DNA of 64,000 bases from Cylindrospermum sp. NIES-4074 (GTDB lineage: Bacteria; Cyanobacteriota; Cyanobacteriia; Cyanobacteriales; Nostocaceae): positions 1,068,725-1,132,724 of the forward strand of contig AP018269.1 of NCBI GenBank assembly GCA_003994795.1. The letters are read 5' to 3'. Within the stretch, counting starts at the first letter, position 1. Every line of letters starts with the position of its first letter. Made by a program: the position numbers and the translations under genes. Shown here piece by piece: positions 41,978-50,896 of the stretch. A model generated the notes under the pieces. It had not been told where the DNA came from. It ran no database searches and was given only the letters and a program-made list of their open reading frames with translations.

Positions 41978-42169
41978 ATGTTGATACCTATTTTAGTTTT
42001 TGATGTAGCGCTGGTTGCTTGGTCGCTGCACCTGATGGAGAAAGCCTACGAGCATAAAGAATTTTCGCTAATGCTAGCTGGTACGTTAGTTGCCCTAGCC
42101 GCTGCCGCTATGCTAGTAGTATATTTCCTCATGGGTCATTGCATGACCTATTTGTTGCAAGTTTCTTAG
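41978..42169 (+). CDS. small hydrophobic hypothetical protein (63 aa)
   Basis: ORF with two predicted TM helices. No other support. Confidence 0.3.
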   Translation: MLIPILVFDVALVAWSLHLMEKAYEHKEFSLMLAGTLVALAAAAMLVVYFLMGHCMTYLLQVS

Positions 42170-42224
42170 GCGAGCACTCGCGCCGAAGTTGAGAAAATAT
42201 CATAGACATTTTATAGAAAACAGC

Positions 42225-42254
42225 TTGACAAATTACCACTAAATACGGCATTAT
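42225..42254 (+). promoter_or_regulatory. candidate sigma70-type promoter for tRNA-Ala (-35 TTGACA, 18-bp spacer, -10 CATTAT)
   Basis: TTGACA at 42225..42230 and CATTAT at 42249..42254, 16 nt before the tRNA 5' end. Confidence 0.4.
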
Positions 42255-42270
42255 AGGAAATGCATTTCGA

Positions 42271-42343
42271 GGGGTTATAGCTCAGTTGGTAGAGCGCTGC
42301 AATGGCATTGCAGAGGTCAGCGGTTCGAACCCGCTTAGCTCCA
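42271..42343 (+). tRNA. tRNA-Ala (anticodon GGC)
   Basis: Cloverleaf folds by hand: acceptor GGGGTTA/TAGCTCC with G3:U70, D-arm GCTC-AGTTGGTA-GAGC, anticodon stem CTGCA/TGCAG with loop ATGGCAT, T-arm AGCGG-TTCGAAC-CCGCT. CCA is not encoded. Confidence 0.85.
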
Positions 42344-42505
42344 TTTACAAATTAAATTTGTTGCTGAAAGGATAGCCATTGGGTGAAATACGGCTGATGG
42401 TATTTTGCCAATTCTTCAGGGTCTGGGTTGTGCGATCGCACCAACTTCATGAGTTTACTATTGCGATCGGCTGATAGTGGGGGGTTTTGGTTGTGAATTC
42501 CGAGC

Positions 42506-42694
42506 TTAGATTACGTCTCCCACTACGAAAGTTCGCCCATCTACTGTTACTGTGTCAGTTGTTTGTAATTTCCGTCCGCGTCGGGTTTCAACTGTGCCAT
42601 TGACTTTTACATTCCCATCAATAATCATCAGTTTGGCTTGTCCCCCACTTGGGGCTATACCTACAAACTTTAAAAACTGGTCGAGTTTAATCAT
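42506..42694 (-). CDS. S4-domain RNA-binding protein (YbcJ-like), 62 aa
   Basis: 'MIKLDQFLKFVGIAPSGGQAKLMIIDGNVKVNGTVETRRGRKL' is a ribosome-associated S4-like domain. The longer track ORF extends into repeat element B. Confidence 0.6.
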   Translation of the reverse strand: MIKLDQFLKFVGIAPSGGQAKLMIIDGNVKVNGTVETRRGRKLQTTDTVTVDGRTFVVGDVI

Positions 42695-42775
42695 GTTATC
42701 ACTTGCTTTTTCCTCTAAGAATATAGGAAAACATAGTCCCAAAAATCTCCCAAGGATTTTTATAGCAAAGTGCTT

Positions 42776-42909
42776 GATGCTTCGGCTGAAGTGCTGAGGA
42801 GCCAGCCGCGTGGGCGGGTTTCCCGACTTGAGGAGCCACTGCGTTGCGGGGGTTCCCCCCGTTGAAGCAAGTGGCATCGGACTGGCGTTGCTGAGTGCTG
42901 AGTATAAAC
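42776..42909 (+). repeat. GC-rich dispersed repeat (element B), copy 1
   Basis: Roughly 130 bp, near-identical in reverse orientation to 54037..54161. Contains the cgggggg-aa-cccccg hairpin. Confidence 0.7.
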
Positions 42910-43056
42910 CTAGTTGCTTCAAGGCTTTGAGGAATCAACACCGTCCTAACCACCGAGAAGGTTGCTATATCTTGAGGATTTTTAACAAAAGCTAAACCGA
43001 TTTTATTCCATTCCAGTACATTTTTACCTGCAATTGTTGAGAATTACCATTTAATT

Positions 43057-44409
43057 TTACCGACCTAACTTATTGGGAATGCCTTCACAACCACCGGGAA
43101 TTGTCGCTCTACTTTTTTCTCCACACCAAGCGCAGCAGTAGGAATGGGTAGCCTCAGACATCCGGTGTGCATTGCTGAAATCGGCATTTTCTACTACTGC
43201 ACCTGTGTGTTCACCTGTTTCATAGTTTGGTGGTTCGGTGCGATTGCGGGGTGATGCCTTGTCTAATGAACCATAAAATAGACGAATGCCATTAAAGTCA
43301 GCATTGCTGAGGTTGGCATCATATAAGATAGTGCGGGAGAAGTTGGCTTTTACTAAGTCGCAACCGCTTAAATTTGCACGGACAAGATTAACTTCACTCA
43401 GATCAGTCCAACGCAAATCGGTGTCAGAAAGGTCTGCTCCCGCTAGCATGACCCCTAAATCAATGACACGCACTCCTTCTAAGCGGTCTTCAGCATAACC
43501 CCCAATACCGTCGAGAATAGCTCTGCCTAAACGGCGATCGCGTTTTAGGGGTGTGAGCAATTTGGAACGGGAGAGAAAACGAATAATTTTCGCTTTTCCA
43601 CTGCCATCAACACTACTTAAAATAGCGGCGGTACGTCCTTCGGCGATCGCTCTTTCTTGGGGCCAGTCTTCTAATAATCCTTCTTCATCTAACACCAAGT
43701 CGGAAACGCCTTGGAAATAGGAATCAATTGTCTGCTGCTGGGTAATAATATTTTGCTGTACTGTCAGCAGGTTTTGCTGAATTGTCAGGTCTTTGGAAAT
43801 GACATATTGTCGCCAAGCGACGTAAACGGCGATGATAGCGATGAGAATTTGTCCCAAAGCACCAAACCAATCTGCTAGGGTTCCAGCAACATCCCAGTTA
43901 ATTGTACGTCCCCAAAGCAGTAGGCGATCGCCAATCCCGGCAAACTTCACCAAGCCGATGATGGCTACTATCAGTCCCAAAAAAGCCACAAATAGAGTTT
44001 TATCTTGGGGTGAAAACCATGCTTTCACTAATGCTTGCAACCAAGGTAACAGCATCGCTAGGGATAACGCCAAAGTTGCCAGGGTTCCCAAGATGCCCAC
44101 AATCCAGTTATTGATGACCACACCGATAAAAGTAATGGCGATCGCTACTAAGGTAATTACCAATGCCCTGGGCTGAACTGCAAATTGATTGCTAGGACGA
44201 TGCAGTTGGGTAGAAGTGGCTTGTTTGAGGGCAAGTCTGTTTTGTGGAGATTGCAAAGATGCGATCGCCGCTAAGGCTTGTTGTTCGGCCAGCCCTTCTG
44301 GGGTCAGATCATGTTGACTGGCATCACCATCAAAGTCATTTGGTTGCAAGTTATCTTCAGAGTTTGGTTCTGGGGTTGGTAGATTAGATGAGTTAGATTC
44401 AATCGTCAT
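43057..44409 (-). CDS. pentapeptide-repeat protein with N-terminal TM region
   Basis: A(D/N)LSxA(D/N)LS-type pentapeptide repeats in the C-terminal half, with 4-5 TM helices in the N-terminal half. Confidence 0.75.
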   Translation of the reverse strand: MTIESNSSNLPTPEPNSEDNLQPNDFDGDASQHDLTPEGLAEQQALAAIASLQSPQNRLALKQATSTQLHRPSNQFAVQPRALVITLVAIAITFIGVVINNWIVGILGTLATLALSLAMLLPWLQALVKAWFSPQDKTLFVAFLGLIVAIIGLVKFAGIGDRLLLWGRTINWDVAGTLADWFGALGQILIAIIAVYVAWRQYVISKDLTIQQNLLTVQQNIITQQQTIDSYFQGVSDLVLDEEGLLEDWPQERAIAEGRTAAILSSVDGSGKAKIIRFLSRSKLLTPLKRDRRLGRAILDGIGGYAEDRLEGVRVIDLGVMLAGADLSDTDLRWTDLSEVNLVRANLSGCDLVKANFSRTILYDANLSNADFNGIRLFYGSLDKASPRNRTEPPNYETGEHTGAVVENADFSNAHRMSEATHSYCCAWCGEKSRATIPGGCEGIPNKLGR

Positions 44410-44888
44410 GCTTTCTATGTTGCCCCAGCCTACTCAGTTCCACTTGATGTTTATTGTCAGCTACTAGGGTGAGGATGCCAAGGGGTTTAATTTGCATTAA
44501 ACAGGTTGTAGCTGGGTATAAGTCAATTTTAAAGTAAGTTTTGCCAAAATTATCAGCTTTATCAGATAAAATAGAGCGCATCTAACTGGAAATTTTGGAT
44601 TTTTGATTGTCTTGACAGAAAATTCAAGGCTGCAAAGAAAGAGTTTTGACATTTGGCATTTCTGCTGAATCCACAATATTCAATCTCAGAGATTGGTCAG
44701 TAATATCAAAACATAGCAATTGCTTGATTAATGATAAATATGGTAGGATGATTATGTTTGATGCTAAATTATCAATCAATTTCTGATGAACAGACCCAGA
44801 AATTAAATGATAAGAAACCGTATTGTTTGATACGATTAGCGAATATCAACAGGTTTTAGCATTATAGTACGAGTTATGTAGGTACAGC

Positions 44889-45632
44889 ATGGGCATTTGG
44901 CATTGCTTGGTTGCCTCTGGCTTTCTCAGTTTTTTTATATCTGGCTGTGGTGATTCGGCAACCTCATCAACAGAAACTACTAAGCAAGTTGTCCAGGAAA
45001 CTAATGTCGCTCAACTGTTGACAGAAGCACAGTCTAGCCAAAAAGCAGAAGATTTATTTGCTCAAGGCAATAATTCATTAGACGCACAACGTTACCAAGA
45101 AGCGATCGCATCATACGACAAAGCGATCGCCATTAAGCAAGAAAACCCAGAAGCGTGGATTAATCGCGGCAATGCTTTAACAGCGTTACAACGTTATCAA
45201 GAAGCGATCGCATCATACGACAAAGCGATCGCCATTCAACCAGACAAAGATGAAGCCTGGTATAACCGTGGTAATAGCTTAACCTCTTTGCAGCGTTACC
45301 CAGAAGCAATTGCAGCCTTCGACAAAGCGATCGCCATTAAACCGCAAAAATATGAAGCCTGGACGAACAGAGGCATTGCCCTGACTAAGTTACAGCGTTA
45401 TAAAGAAGCACTGGCATCCTATAATGAAGCGATCGGCATCAAGCCAGACTTACACGCAGCATATTACAACAAAGCCTGCTCTTATGCATTACAGAGCGAT
45501 GTTGAATCAACAATTGAGAACTTAGAAAAAGCCATCCAACTAATTCCTAATAAATACCAGAAATTAGCCAAAACTGATTCAGATTTTGATAAAGTCCGCG
45601 ACGACAAGCGCTTTCAAGAATTGATTCAATAG
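44889..45632 (+). CDS. TPR-repeat protein (lipoprotein-like signal)
   Basis: Multiple 'YQEAIASYDKAIAI(K/Q)P' 34-aa units. Confidence 0.8.
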   Translation: MGIWHCLVASGFLSFFISGCGDSATSSTETTKQVVQETNVAQLLTEAQSSQKAEDLFAQGNNSLDAQRYQEAIASYDKAIAIKQENPEAWINRGNALTALQRYQEAIASYDKAIAIQPDKDEAWYNRGNSLTSLQRYPEAIAAFDKAIAIKPQKYEAWTNRGIALTKLQRYKEALASYNEAIGIKPDLHAAYYNKACSYALQSDVESTIENLEKAIQLIPNKYQKLAKTDSDFDKVRDDKRFQELIQ

Positions 45633-45914
45633 CAGAAATGCTAGACGACTGGAAGTCGCGGCTACAAGAACAAAGTCTGCCTCCGCAGACTCAAAGAATT
45701 TGAAACCTGCTGACATTAAAAATTGATATTTCTTTATTTAGTCCACGAAGGTGGACTTCGTTTGTGTAGCCGCGAATTACATTCGCCAGGGCTTCGTTCG
45801 TTTGTGTAGCCGCGAATTACATTTGCTAGGGCTATGATTATTATTCCCCAGAATAAAAATATACCATACTAAAATGAGTATCAACTCGAAAATATTTAAA
45901 ACCTTAAAATTTGT

Positions 45915-47261
45915 ATGTATAGTACGATATCTTGGCGTTGGGTTGCTGGCTTTAGTATTGTTGCCCTATCACTCACCAGTTGTAACAACCCCAAAACAGG
46001 GAGAGACATTGGCAACCAAGCCACAGAAAGCGAAGTTTTAATCAACTACACCGACAAACCAGGACAAAGTGCAGAATTTCTTAAAACACCGGAAATACAA
46101 CAGCAGTCTACAACAGGTGCAAATTCCCAAGCCGGTGATGCAGTTGGGACATTCAAACGGGGTATGCCAATAAATGTTTATGCAGAGTCAGAAGCTGCCC
46201 AAAAGGCGGAAGACTTTTACAATCAGGGTAATAATTACGCTGTTCAGCAAAACTATCAGCAAGCGATCGCCATCAAACCTGACTTGCATCAAGCTTGGAA
46301 TAACCGAGGTTTTGCCCTTAGTAAGTTACAACCCTACTCCGATGCGATCAGGAGCATCCTACTTTGGCAAATATATCTTTTCTGTCTGATGGTGGAATTA
46401 GGTTCTTACGGCTTAATGAGATATGTGTCTTCCACAATGGGATGCTCCCATGCGATCGCTTTTTCATATGATGCGATCGCCATCAAACCTGACTTGCATC
46501 AAGCTTGGTATGGTAGAGGCTATGCCCTTGATAAGCTAAAACGCTACGAAGATGCAATTGCATCGTATGAAAAAGCGCTCGCCATCAAACCTGACGATGC
46601 TGAGGCTTGGAATAACCGAGGTGTTGCCCTTGGTAAATTACAACGCGACGAAGATGCGATCGCATCCTTTGATAAAGCGATCGCCATCAAACCTGACTAT
46701 GCTGAGGCTTGGTATAACCGAGGTTTTGCCTTTGGTAAGTTACAACGCTACTCCGAAGTGATCGCATCATATGAAAAAGGGCTCGCCATCAAACCTGACT
46801 ATGCTGATGCTTGGCATAACCGAGGTTTTGCCCTTGGTAAGTTACAACGCTACGAAGATGCGATCGCATCATATGAAAAAGCGATCGCCATCAAACCTGA
46901 CTATGCTGATGCTTGGCTATGCCGAGGTGTTACCCTTGGTAAGTTACAACGCTACGAAGATGCGATCACATCATACGACAAAGCGATCGCCATCAAACCT
47001 AACTATGCCTTAGCTTGGAATAACCGAGGTGTTGCCCTTGATAACTTACAACGCTACTCCGATGCGATCGCATCCTATGAAAAAGCGATCGCCATCAAAC
47101 CTGACAAATATGGAGCTTGGAATAACCGAGGTATTGCCCTTGGTGAGTTAAAACGCTATGAAGAAGCGCTCAAATCTTTTGATAAAGCAATTAGTATTAA
47201 CCCTAATTATCAATTAGCAATAAATAATCGCAAAGAGGTATTGAAACAACTAGGGCGTTAA
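45915..47261 (+). CDS. TPR-repeat protein carrying an in-frame 108-bp insertion (36 aa) that interrupts repeat 2
   Basis: Regular 34-aa TPR units ('AIAIKPDYAEAW(N/Y)NRGxALGKLQRY(E/S)DAIASYEK') except for 'RSILLWQIYLFCLMVELGSYGLMRYVSSTMGCSHAIAF', encoded by 46350..46457. Confidence 0.75.
   Translation: MYSTISWRWVAGFSIVALSLTSCNNPKTGRDIGNQATESEVLINYTDKPGQSAEFLKTPEIQQQSTTGANSQAGDAVGTFKRGMPINVYAESEAAQKAEDFYNQGNNYAVQQNYQQAIAIKPDLHQAWNNRGFALSKLQPYSDAIRSILLWQIYLFCLMVELGSYGLMRYVSSTMGCSHAIAFSYDAIAIKPDLHQAWYGRGYALDKLKRYEDAIASYEKALAIKPDDAEAWNNRGVALGKLQRDEDAIASFDKAIAIKPDYAEAWYNRGFAFGKLQRYSEVIASYEKGLAIKPDYADAWHNRGFALGKLQRYEDAIASYEKAIAIKPDYADAWLCRGVTLGKLQRYEDAITSYDKAIAIKPNYALAWNNRGVALDNLQRYSDAIASYEKAIAIKPDKYGAWNNRGIALGELKRYEEALKSFDKAISINPNYQLAINNRKEVLKQLGR
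46350..46449. mobile_element. 100-bp miniature inverted-repeat element inserted in the TPR gene (terminal inverted repeats GGAGCATCC, 8-bp target duplication ATGCGATC)
   Basis: Left end 'aggagcatcc' at 46350..46359 and right end 'gggatgctccc' at 46439..46449 are inverted repeats. 'atgcgatc' is present at 46342..46349 and 46450..46457. Confidence 0.6.
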
Positions 47262-47379
47262 ATTAGGGGTGAATTTAATTCCGTCCAAAATCTATTTACC
47301 ACCGCTTGCTCCCAACTGGGAATCCTACCTCATCTGTAATAACCAACTAAACCCCTTAATTACATAAATTTTAAGCGTT

Positions 47380-48252
47380 ATGAAAAAGCTCTTAATCACT
47401 GGCGCTAGTGGTTTCTTAGGATGGCATCTTTGCCAACTAGCTAAACAAGAATGGGAAGTTTACGGCACATATTTCTCCCATCGTCAAGAAATTTCTGGCA
47501 TCAAAATGTTGAAAGTTAACTTAACAGACTTTCAAGAACTAAAAGATATATTTAATGATATTCAACCAGCAGCAGTTATTCACACAGCCGCACAATCTCA
47601 ACCTAATATTTGTCAAACCCATCCCCAAGAATCGCACCTAATTAATGTCACCGCATCTTGCAATATTGCTGGACTTTGTGCAGATAATGCAATTCCTTGC
47701 GCTTATACCTCAACCGACTTAGTTTTTGATGGTTTAAAAGCTCCTTATCGAGAAACAGATCCCGTAAACCCGATAAACATTTATGGTGAGCAAAAAGTCC
47801 AAGCAGAAACAGGAATGTTAGAGCGATATCCTCTCACCGCAGTTTGTCGAATGCCCTTAATGTTTGGTATGGCAACACCTACATCTAGAAGCTTCATTCA
47901 GCCATTAATAGAAACCTTAAAAGCAGGAAAAGAACTAAGTTTATTTATAGACGAATTCCGCACACCAGCAAATGTAACAACTGCCTCAAAAGGATTATTA
48001 TTAGCATTAGAAAAAGTTAACGGTTACATTCATTTAGGCGGAAAAGAACGGATTTCTCGTTATGAATTTGGGCGGTTATTAGCCGAAGTATTTCAACTTT
48101 CAGCAGATAAACTAACATCTTGCCGACAAGAAGATGTAAAAATGGCAGCACCCAGACCGGCAGATGTTTCCTTAGATAGTTCTCAAGCCTTTGCTTTAGG
48201 TTATCAACCTTTATCTATTAAAGCAGAATTAGAGACATTGATAAACATATAG
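47380..48252 (+). CDS. NAD(P)-dependent epimerase/dehydratase (RmlD/SDR-like)
   Basis: 'MKKLLITGASGFLGWHL' Rossmann motif and an internal Yxx(x)K. Confidence 0.75.
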   Translation: MKKLLITGASGFLGWHLCQLAKQEWEVYGTYFSHRQEISGIKMLKVNLTDFQELKDIFNDIQPAAVIHTAAQSQPNICQTHPQESHLINVTASCNIAGLCADNAIPCAYTSTDLVFDGLKAPYRETDPVNPINIYGEQKVQAETGMLERYPLTAVCRMPLMFGMATPTSRSFIQPLIETLKAGKELSLFIDEFRTPANVTTASKGLLLALEKVNGYIHLGGKERISRYEFGRLLAEVFQLSADKLTSCRQEDVKMAAPRPADVSLDSSQAFALGYQPLSIKAELETLINI

Positions 48253-48279
48253 AAATCCTAAATCATTATACCATCTCTT

Positions 48280-48330
48280 GTGGGGTGGGCGTCTCGCCCG
48301 CCCAAAACAGGCGAGACGCCTGTTCTACAA
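48280..48330 (+). repeat. dispersed palindromic element, copy 2 (same hairpin as 37195..37247)
   Basis: 'gggcgtctcgcccgcccaaaacaggcgagacgcctgttctacaa'. Confidence 0.6.
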
Positions 48331-48414
48331 GAAAAACATAATGATTTATAGCTATAGCCATCAAGATTAGGACGTAAACTATAAGAGTTCCCACATAGCA
48401 TCTACCCCATTTCA

Positions 48415-48753
48415 ATGGCTAAACCCTATAGTGATGATTTCCGGCAAAAGGTTATGCAAGCGATCGAATTGGACGGTCTCAAGAAGTGTGAGGCAAGCCT
48501 TCTGTTCAATATTAGTCGCAATACAATTAACTTGTGGTGTCAACGCAAAGCCGAAACGGGTGATGTCAAACCTAAACAGAGGAAAGCATCGCCGCAGAAG
48601 GGCAAAATTAGGGATTGGGAGAAGTTTCGCACATTTGTCAAAGCGCAAGGGGATAAAACCCAAAGTGAAATGGCACAGCTATGGGATGGACAGATTAGCC
48701 AACGCACAATTTCCAGGGCTTTGCAAAAGATAGGACATACTCGTAAAAAAAAA
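48415..48753 (+). CDS. IS630 transposase OrfA (copy 2), up to the A9 tract
   Basis: 'MAKPYSDDFRQKVMQAIELDG...' HTH part, homologous to the copy 1 OrfA. Confidence 0.75.
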
Positions 48754-48854
48754 CATACGGATATAGTCAACGAGATGAAGCCAAGCGGGCAGCATTCTTA
48801 ACGCAACTGGAGAACCCCAAAGCGCCGCACCTAGTATATGTTGATGAGTCTGGT

Positions 48855-49292
48855 ATGGATGAACGCGATAATTACGGTTACGGATACTCCCCTGTTGGAG
48901 AACGCTTTTACGACCTCAAATCAGGTTGTCGCAAGGGTCGCATCAATATGATTGCTGGCTATCGAGATGGACAACTAATTGCGCCATTTACGATTGAGGG
49001 GGCGTGTAACCGTACCGTGTTTGAAACCTGGTTAGAAACTTGCTTGATTCCGATGCTACGACCCGGTGAGTGGGTGATTGTCGATAATGCTACCTTTCAT
49101 CGTGGCGGTCGGATTGCTCAATTAATTGAAGAGGCAGGGTGTCAGTTAGTTTACCTACCGCCTTATTCACCTGATCTCAATCGCATTGAAAAGTGTTGGG
49201 CCACTTTGAAAAGTAGGGTTCGCAAGATTTTATCCACATCGGATAATTTACGTGATGCAATGGAAATCGTTCTCAAGCAAGCAGCGTCCTAA
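48855..49292 (+). CDS. IS630 transposase OrfB (copy 2). It is in the -1 frame relative to OrfA and likely begins at the A9 tract.
   Basis: 'VIVDNATFHRGG...YLPPYSPDLNRIEKCWATLK' DDE signature. The stop lies in the right inverted repeat. Confidence 0.75.
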   Translation: MDERDNYGYGYSPVGERFYDLKSGCRKGRINMIAGYRDGQLIAPFTIEGACNRTVFETWLETCLIPMLRPGEWVIVDNATFHRGGRIAQLIEEAGCQLVYLPPYSPDLNRIEKCWATLKSRVRKILSTSDNLRDAMEIVLKQAAS

Positions 49293-49365
49293 TTAATCTG
49301 GCTACGGCTATATCTTAGCCCCCCTTTTTAAGGGGGGTTGGGGGGATCTCATTTGTACTATATAA

Positions 49366-50154
49366 CTAACAACATTCAACATTTAAAAAATCAGCAATAA
49401 ACTTGCTATATTCATCTTTCATTGATAATTCCAAATCTCGCCGGATGCGTCGCCGTAAAGCAGGCACATTTTCACCAGTAAGAGGGTTAAATCCCAACTT
49501 CTCATACTCCTCCCAATATAGCCCTACGCCCCGTTTTTGCCAATTGGGAAGCTCATTAAAATTAATGCCATGCTGAAACAAAAACTCATTTTTATCAGCA
49601 ACAGATAACCCGTTCATCATATTAGTTGCTTCACCAACACTTTTACCATCTCGACGCAAACACCAATAACTGTGAGCATTCAAAGAGTTTCTGTGTGCAT
49701 CTTCATTTCGCCAACGGAAATAATTTACCACTTCCGTTTTATTAGGAAGTTGGGAGATGCGACAGTCAAAACAGCCAATATCGCCCAACAACAAAGAAAA
49801 TTTGGCACTAGCTTCACCTGCTAAAACAGAATTAAGCTTTCTTAATTTGCGTCCAAAAGAGTTTTCATCCTGAGCCAAAAGTAAAGAAATTTCATCACTT
49901 TGGGTATAACCATAAGTGACATTTAAACCACAATTCATTAGATGTTCAACTGTTGCCAGCATCAAATCTCGAAAGCGAATGTCGTAGGGAGCATCAAATT
50001 TATGGACTTCTTTTGTGAGGCGGGTAAAACTACGTCCATCTAATCTGGCAACCATGTAAATTCCAGGTAGCACACAATAATCATGGGCTGTTTCAAACAC
50101 CCGCATTCTGCTATCAAGTTCATCAAATTTCACGTTGCCATTCCTCAACAACAA
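49366..50154 (-). CDS. Thg1-like protein (tRNA-His guanylyltransferase family 3'->5' nucleotidyltransferase)
   Basis: 'MVARLDGRSFTRL' (Thg1 'VVRLDGRNFHRF'), 'GYTQSDEISLLL' ('AYGQSDEYSFVF'), 'YFRWRNEDAHRNSLNAHSYW' ('[20 protein letters not shown]'), and 'ADKNEFLFQHGINFNELPNWQKRG' ('[25 protein letters not shown]'). Length is correct for the family. Confidence 0.85.
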   Translation of the reverse strand: MLLRNGNVKFDELDSRMRVFETAHDYCVLPGIYMVARLDGRSFTRLTKEVHKFDAPYDIRFRDLMLATVEHLMNCGLNVTYGYTQSDEISLLLAQDENSFGRKLRKLNSVLAGEASAKFSLLLGDIGCFDCRISQLPNKTEVVNYFRWRNEDAHRNSLNAHSYWCLRRDGKSVGEATNMMNGLSVADKNEFLFQHGINFNELPNWQKRGVGLYWEEYEKLGFNPLTGENVPALRRRIRRDLELSMKDEYSKFIADFLNVECC

Positions 50155-50590
50155 AGGGTTTATTTAAATCGTTTTTAACAGAGTAAATTACATCAAACCC
50201 TTCTTCCCAACTTGGCAAAATCAAGTTTTTATAAGTTGCTAGAATTCCCTGTATAGGAACAACTTGTTTACCAGGTCTGCGTTGGTTGCGTTTTTTGCAA
50301 TCTTCTAATTTCACATCAAAATAATAACCAATAACTCGAAACCCGTTAGCTTTAGCCAGGGGAATATAGCGTTGTCTAGCTTCTAAAGTTGGGTTAGTGT
50401 TATCAATAACAAAACGCTGTTTAGCTTCTAAACAAGCTTGAAAAATAATTTTTTCTCGATGACGAGTTTTGAGCATATCCAAATTAATGCGGATATGGGA
50501 ATTAAAAAAGCAATGTTTAAAAAAAGTAGATTTACCCGCTCCTTGAATACCCATAAAAATGATTGCTTCCATAATGACAGCAACTTCCAC
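50123..50590 (-). CDS. P-loop polynucleotide 5'-hydroxyl kinase (AAA_33/PNKP-kinase-like)
   Basis: Walker A 'IIFMGIQGAGKST' and 'VIDNTNPTLEARQRYIPLAKANG', which matches the PNKP-kinase 'VIDNTNPD..RARY' box. Overlaps the downstream Thg1-like gene by 32 nt. Confidence 0.7.
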   Translation of the reverse strand: MEVAVIMEAIIFMGIQGAGKSTFFKHCFFNSHIRINLDMLKTRHREKIIFQACLEAKQRFVIDNTNPTLEARQRYIPLAKANGFRVIGYYFDVKLEDCKKRNQRRPGKQVVPIQGILATYKNLILPSWEEGFDVIYSVKNDLNKPFVVEEWQREI

Positions 50591-50896
50591 TTTAATAGCT
50601 CAGTATAGACCAATACAGTTCAGTTAAGCATTTCTTTCTTCTCTTCCTTTGCGTTCTTTGCGTCCTTTGCGGTTCGTTAAAAAAATTGATTTTGACAAAG
50701 AGTTAAGCCTTAACTGAACCGTATTGCAGTATCGACACCAACAACCTAGCTTACTTAACAGAGTAAACTCATAAATTATCTGTGTTCATCTGTGTTTATC
50801 TGTGGTTTAATTTTTCTAAAATTGCTTTTTGCAAAATGTCTATTATAGAGACGTTTTATGAAACGTCTCTACCTTCATTCAGCAGAAAAATTTCTA

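Larger units (their letters stand above)
48347..49312 (+). mobile_element. IS630/Tc1-mariner family insertion sequence (copy 2, diverged from copy 1)
   Basis: Imperfect roughly 26-bp terminal inverted repeats 'tagctatagccatcaagattaggacg' and 'cgtcctaattaatctggctacggcta', flanked by TA. OrfA and OrfB are separated at the A9 tract 48745..48753. Confidence 0.8.

Noticed and set aside
42695-42953. Extended S4-domain ORF (42506..42922) and ORFs 42552..42797, 42699..42953, 42810..42995
   Set aside because: The extension runs into repeat element B, and the S4 domain is complete from MIKLDQ. The others are antisense or repeat-derived.
45751-45830. Possible CRISPR-like array (two roughly 40-bp direct repeats, 'cttcgtttgtgtagccgcgaattacatt...')
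   Set aside because: Only two tandem copies with no intervening unique spacers. It is a simple tandem duplication with flanking hairpins. No CRISPR array was found anywhere in the window.
46174-47013. ORF-track ORFs 46174..46389, 46552..46761 and 46771..47013 (plus strand)
   Set aside because: They are alternative-frame readings of the highly periodic TPR-coding DNA inside 45915..47261, and their low-complexity translations repeat with the DNA period.
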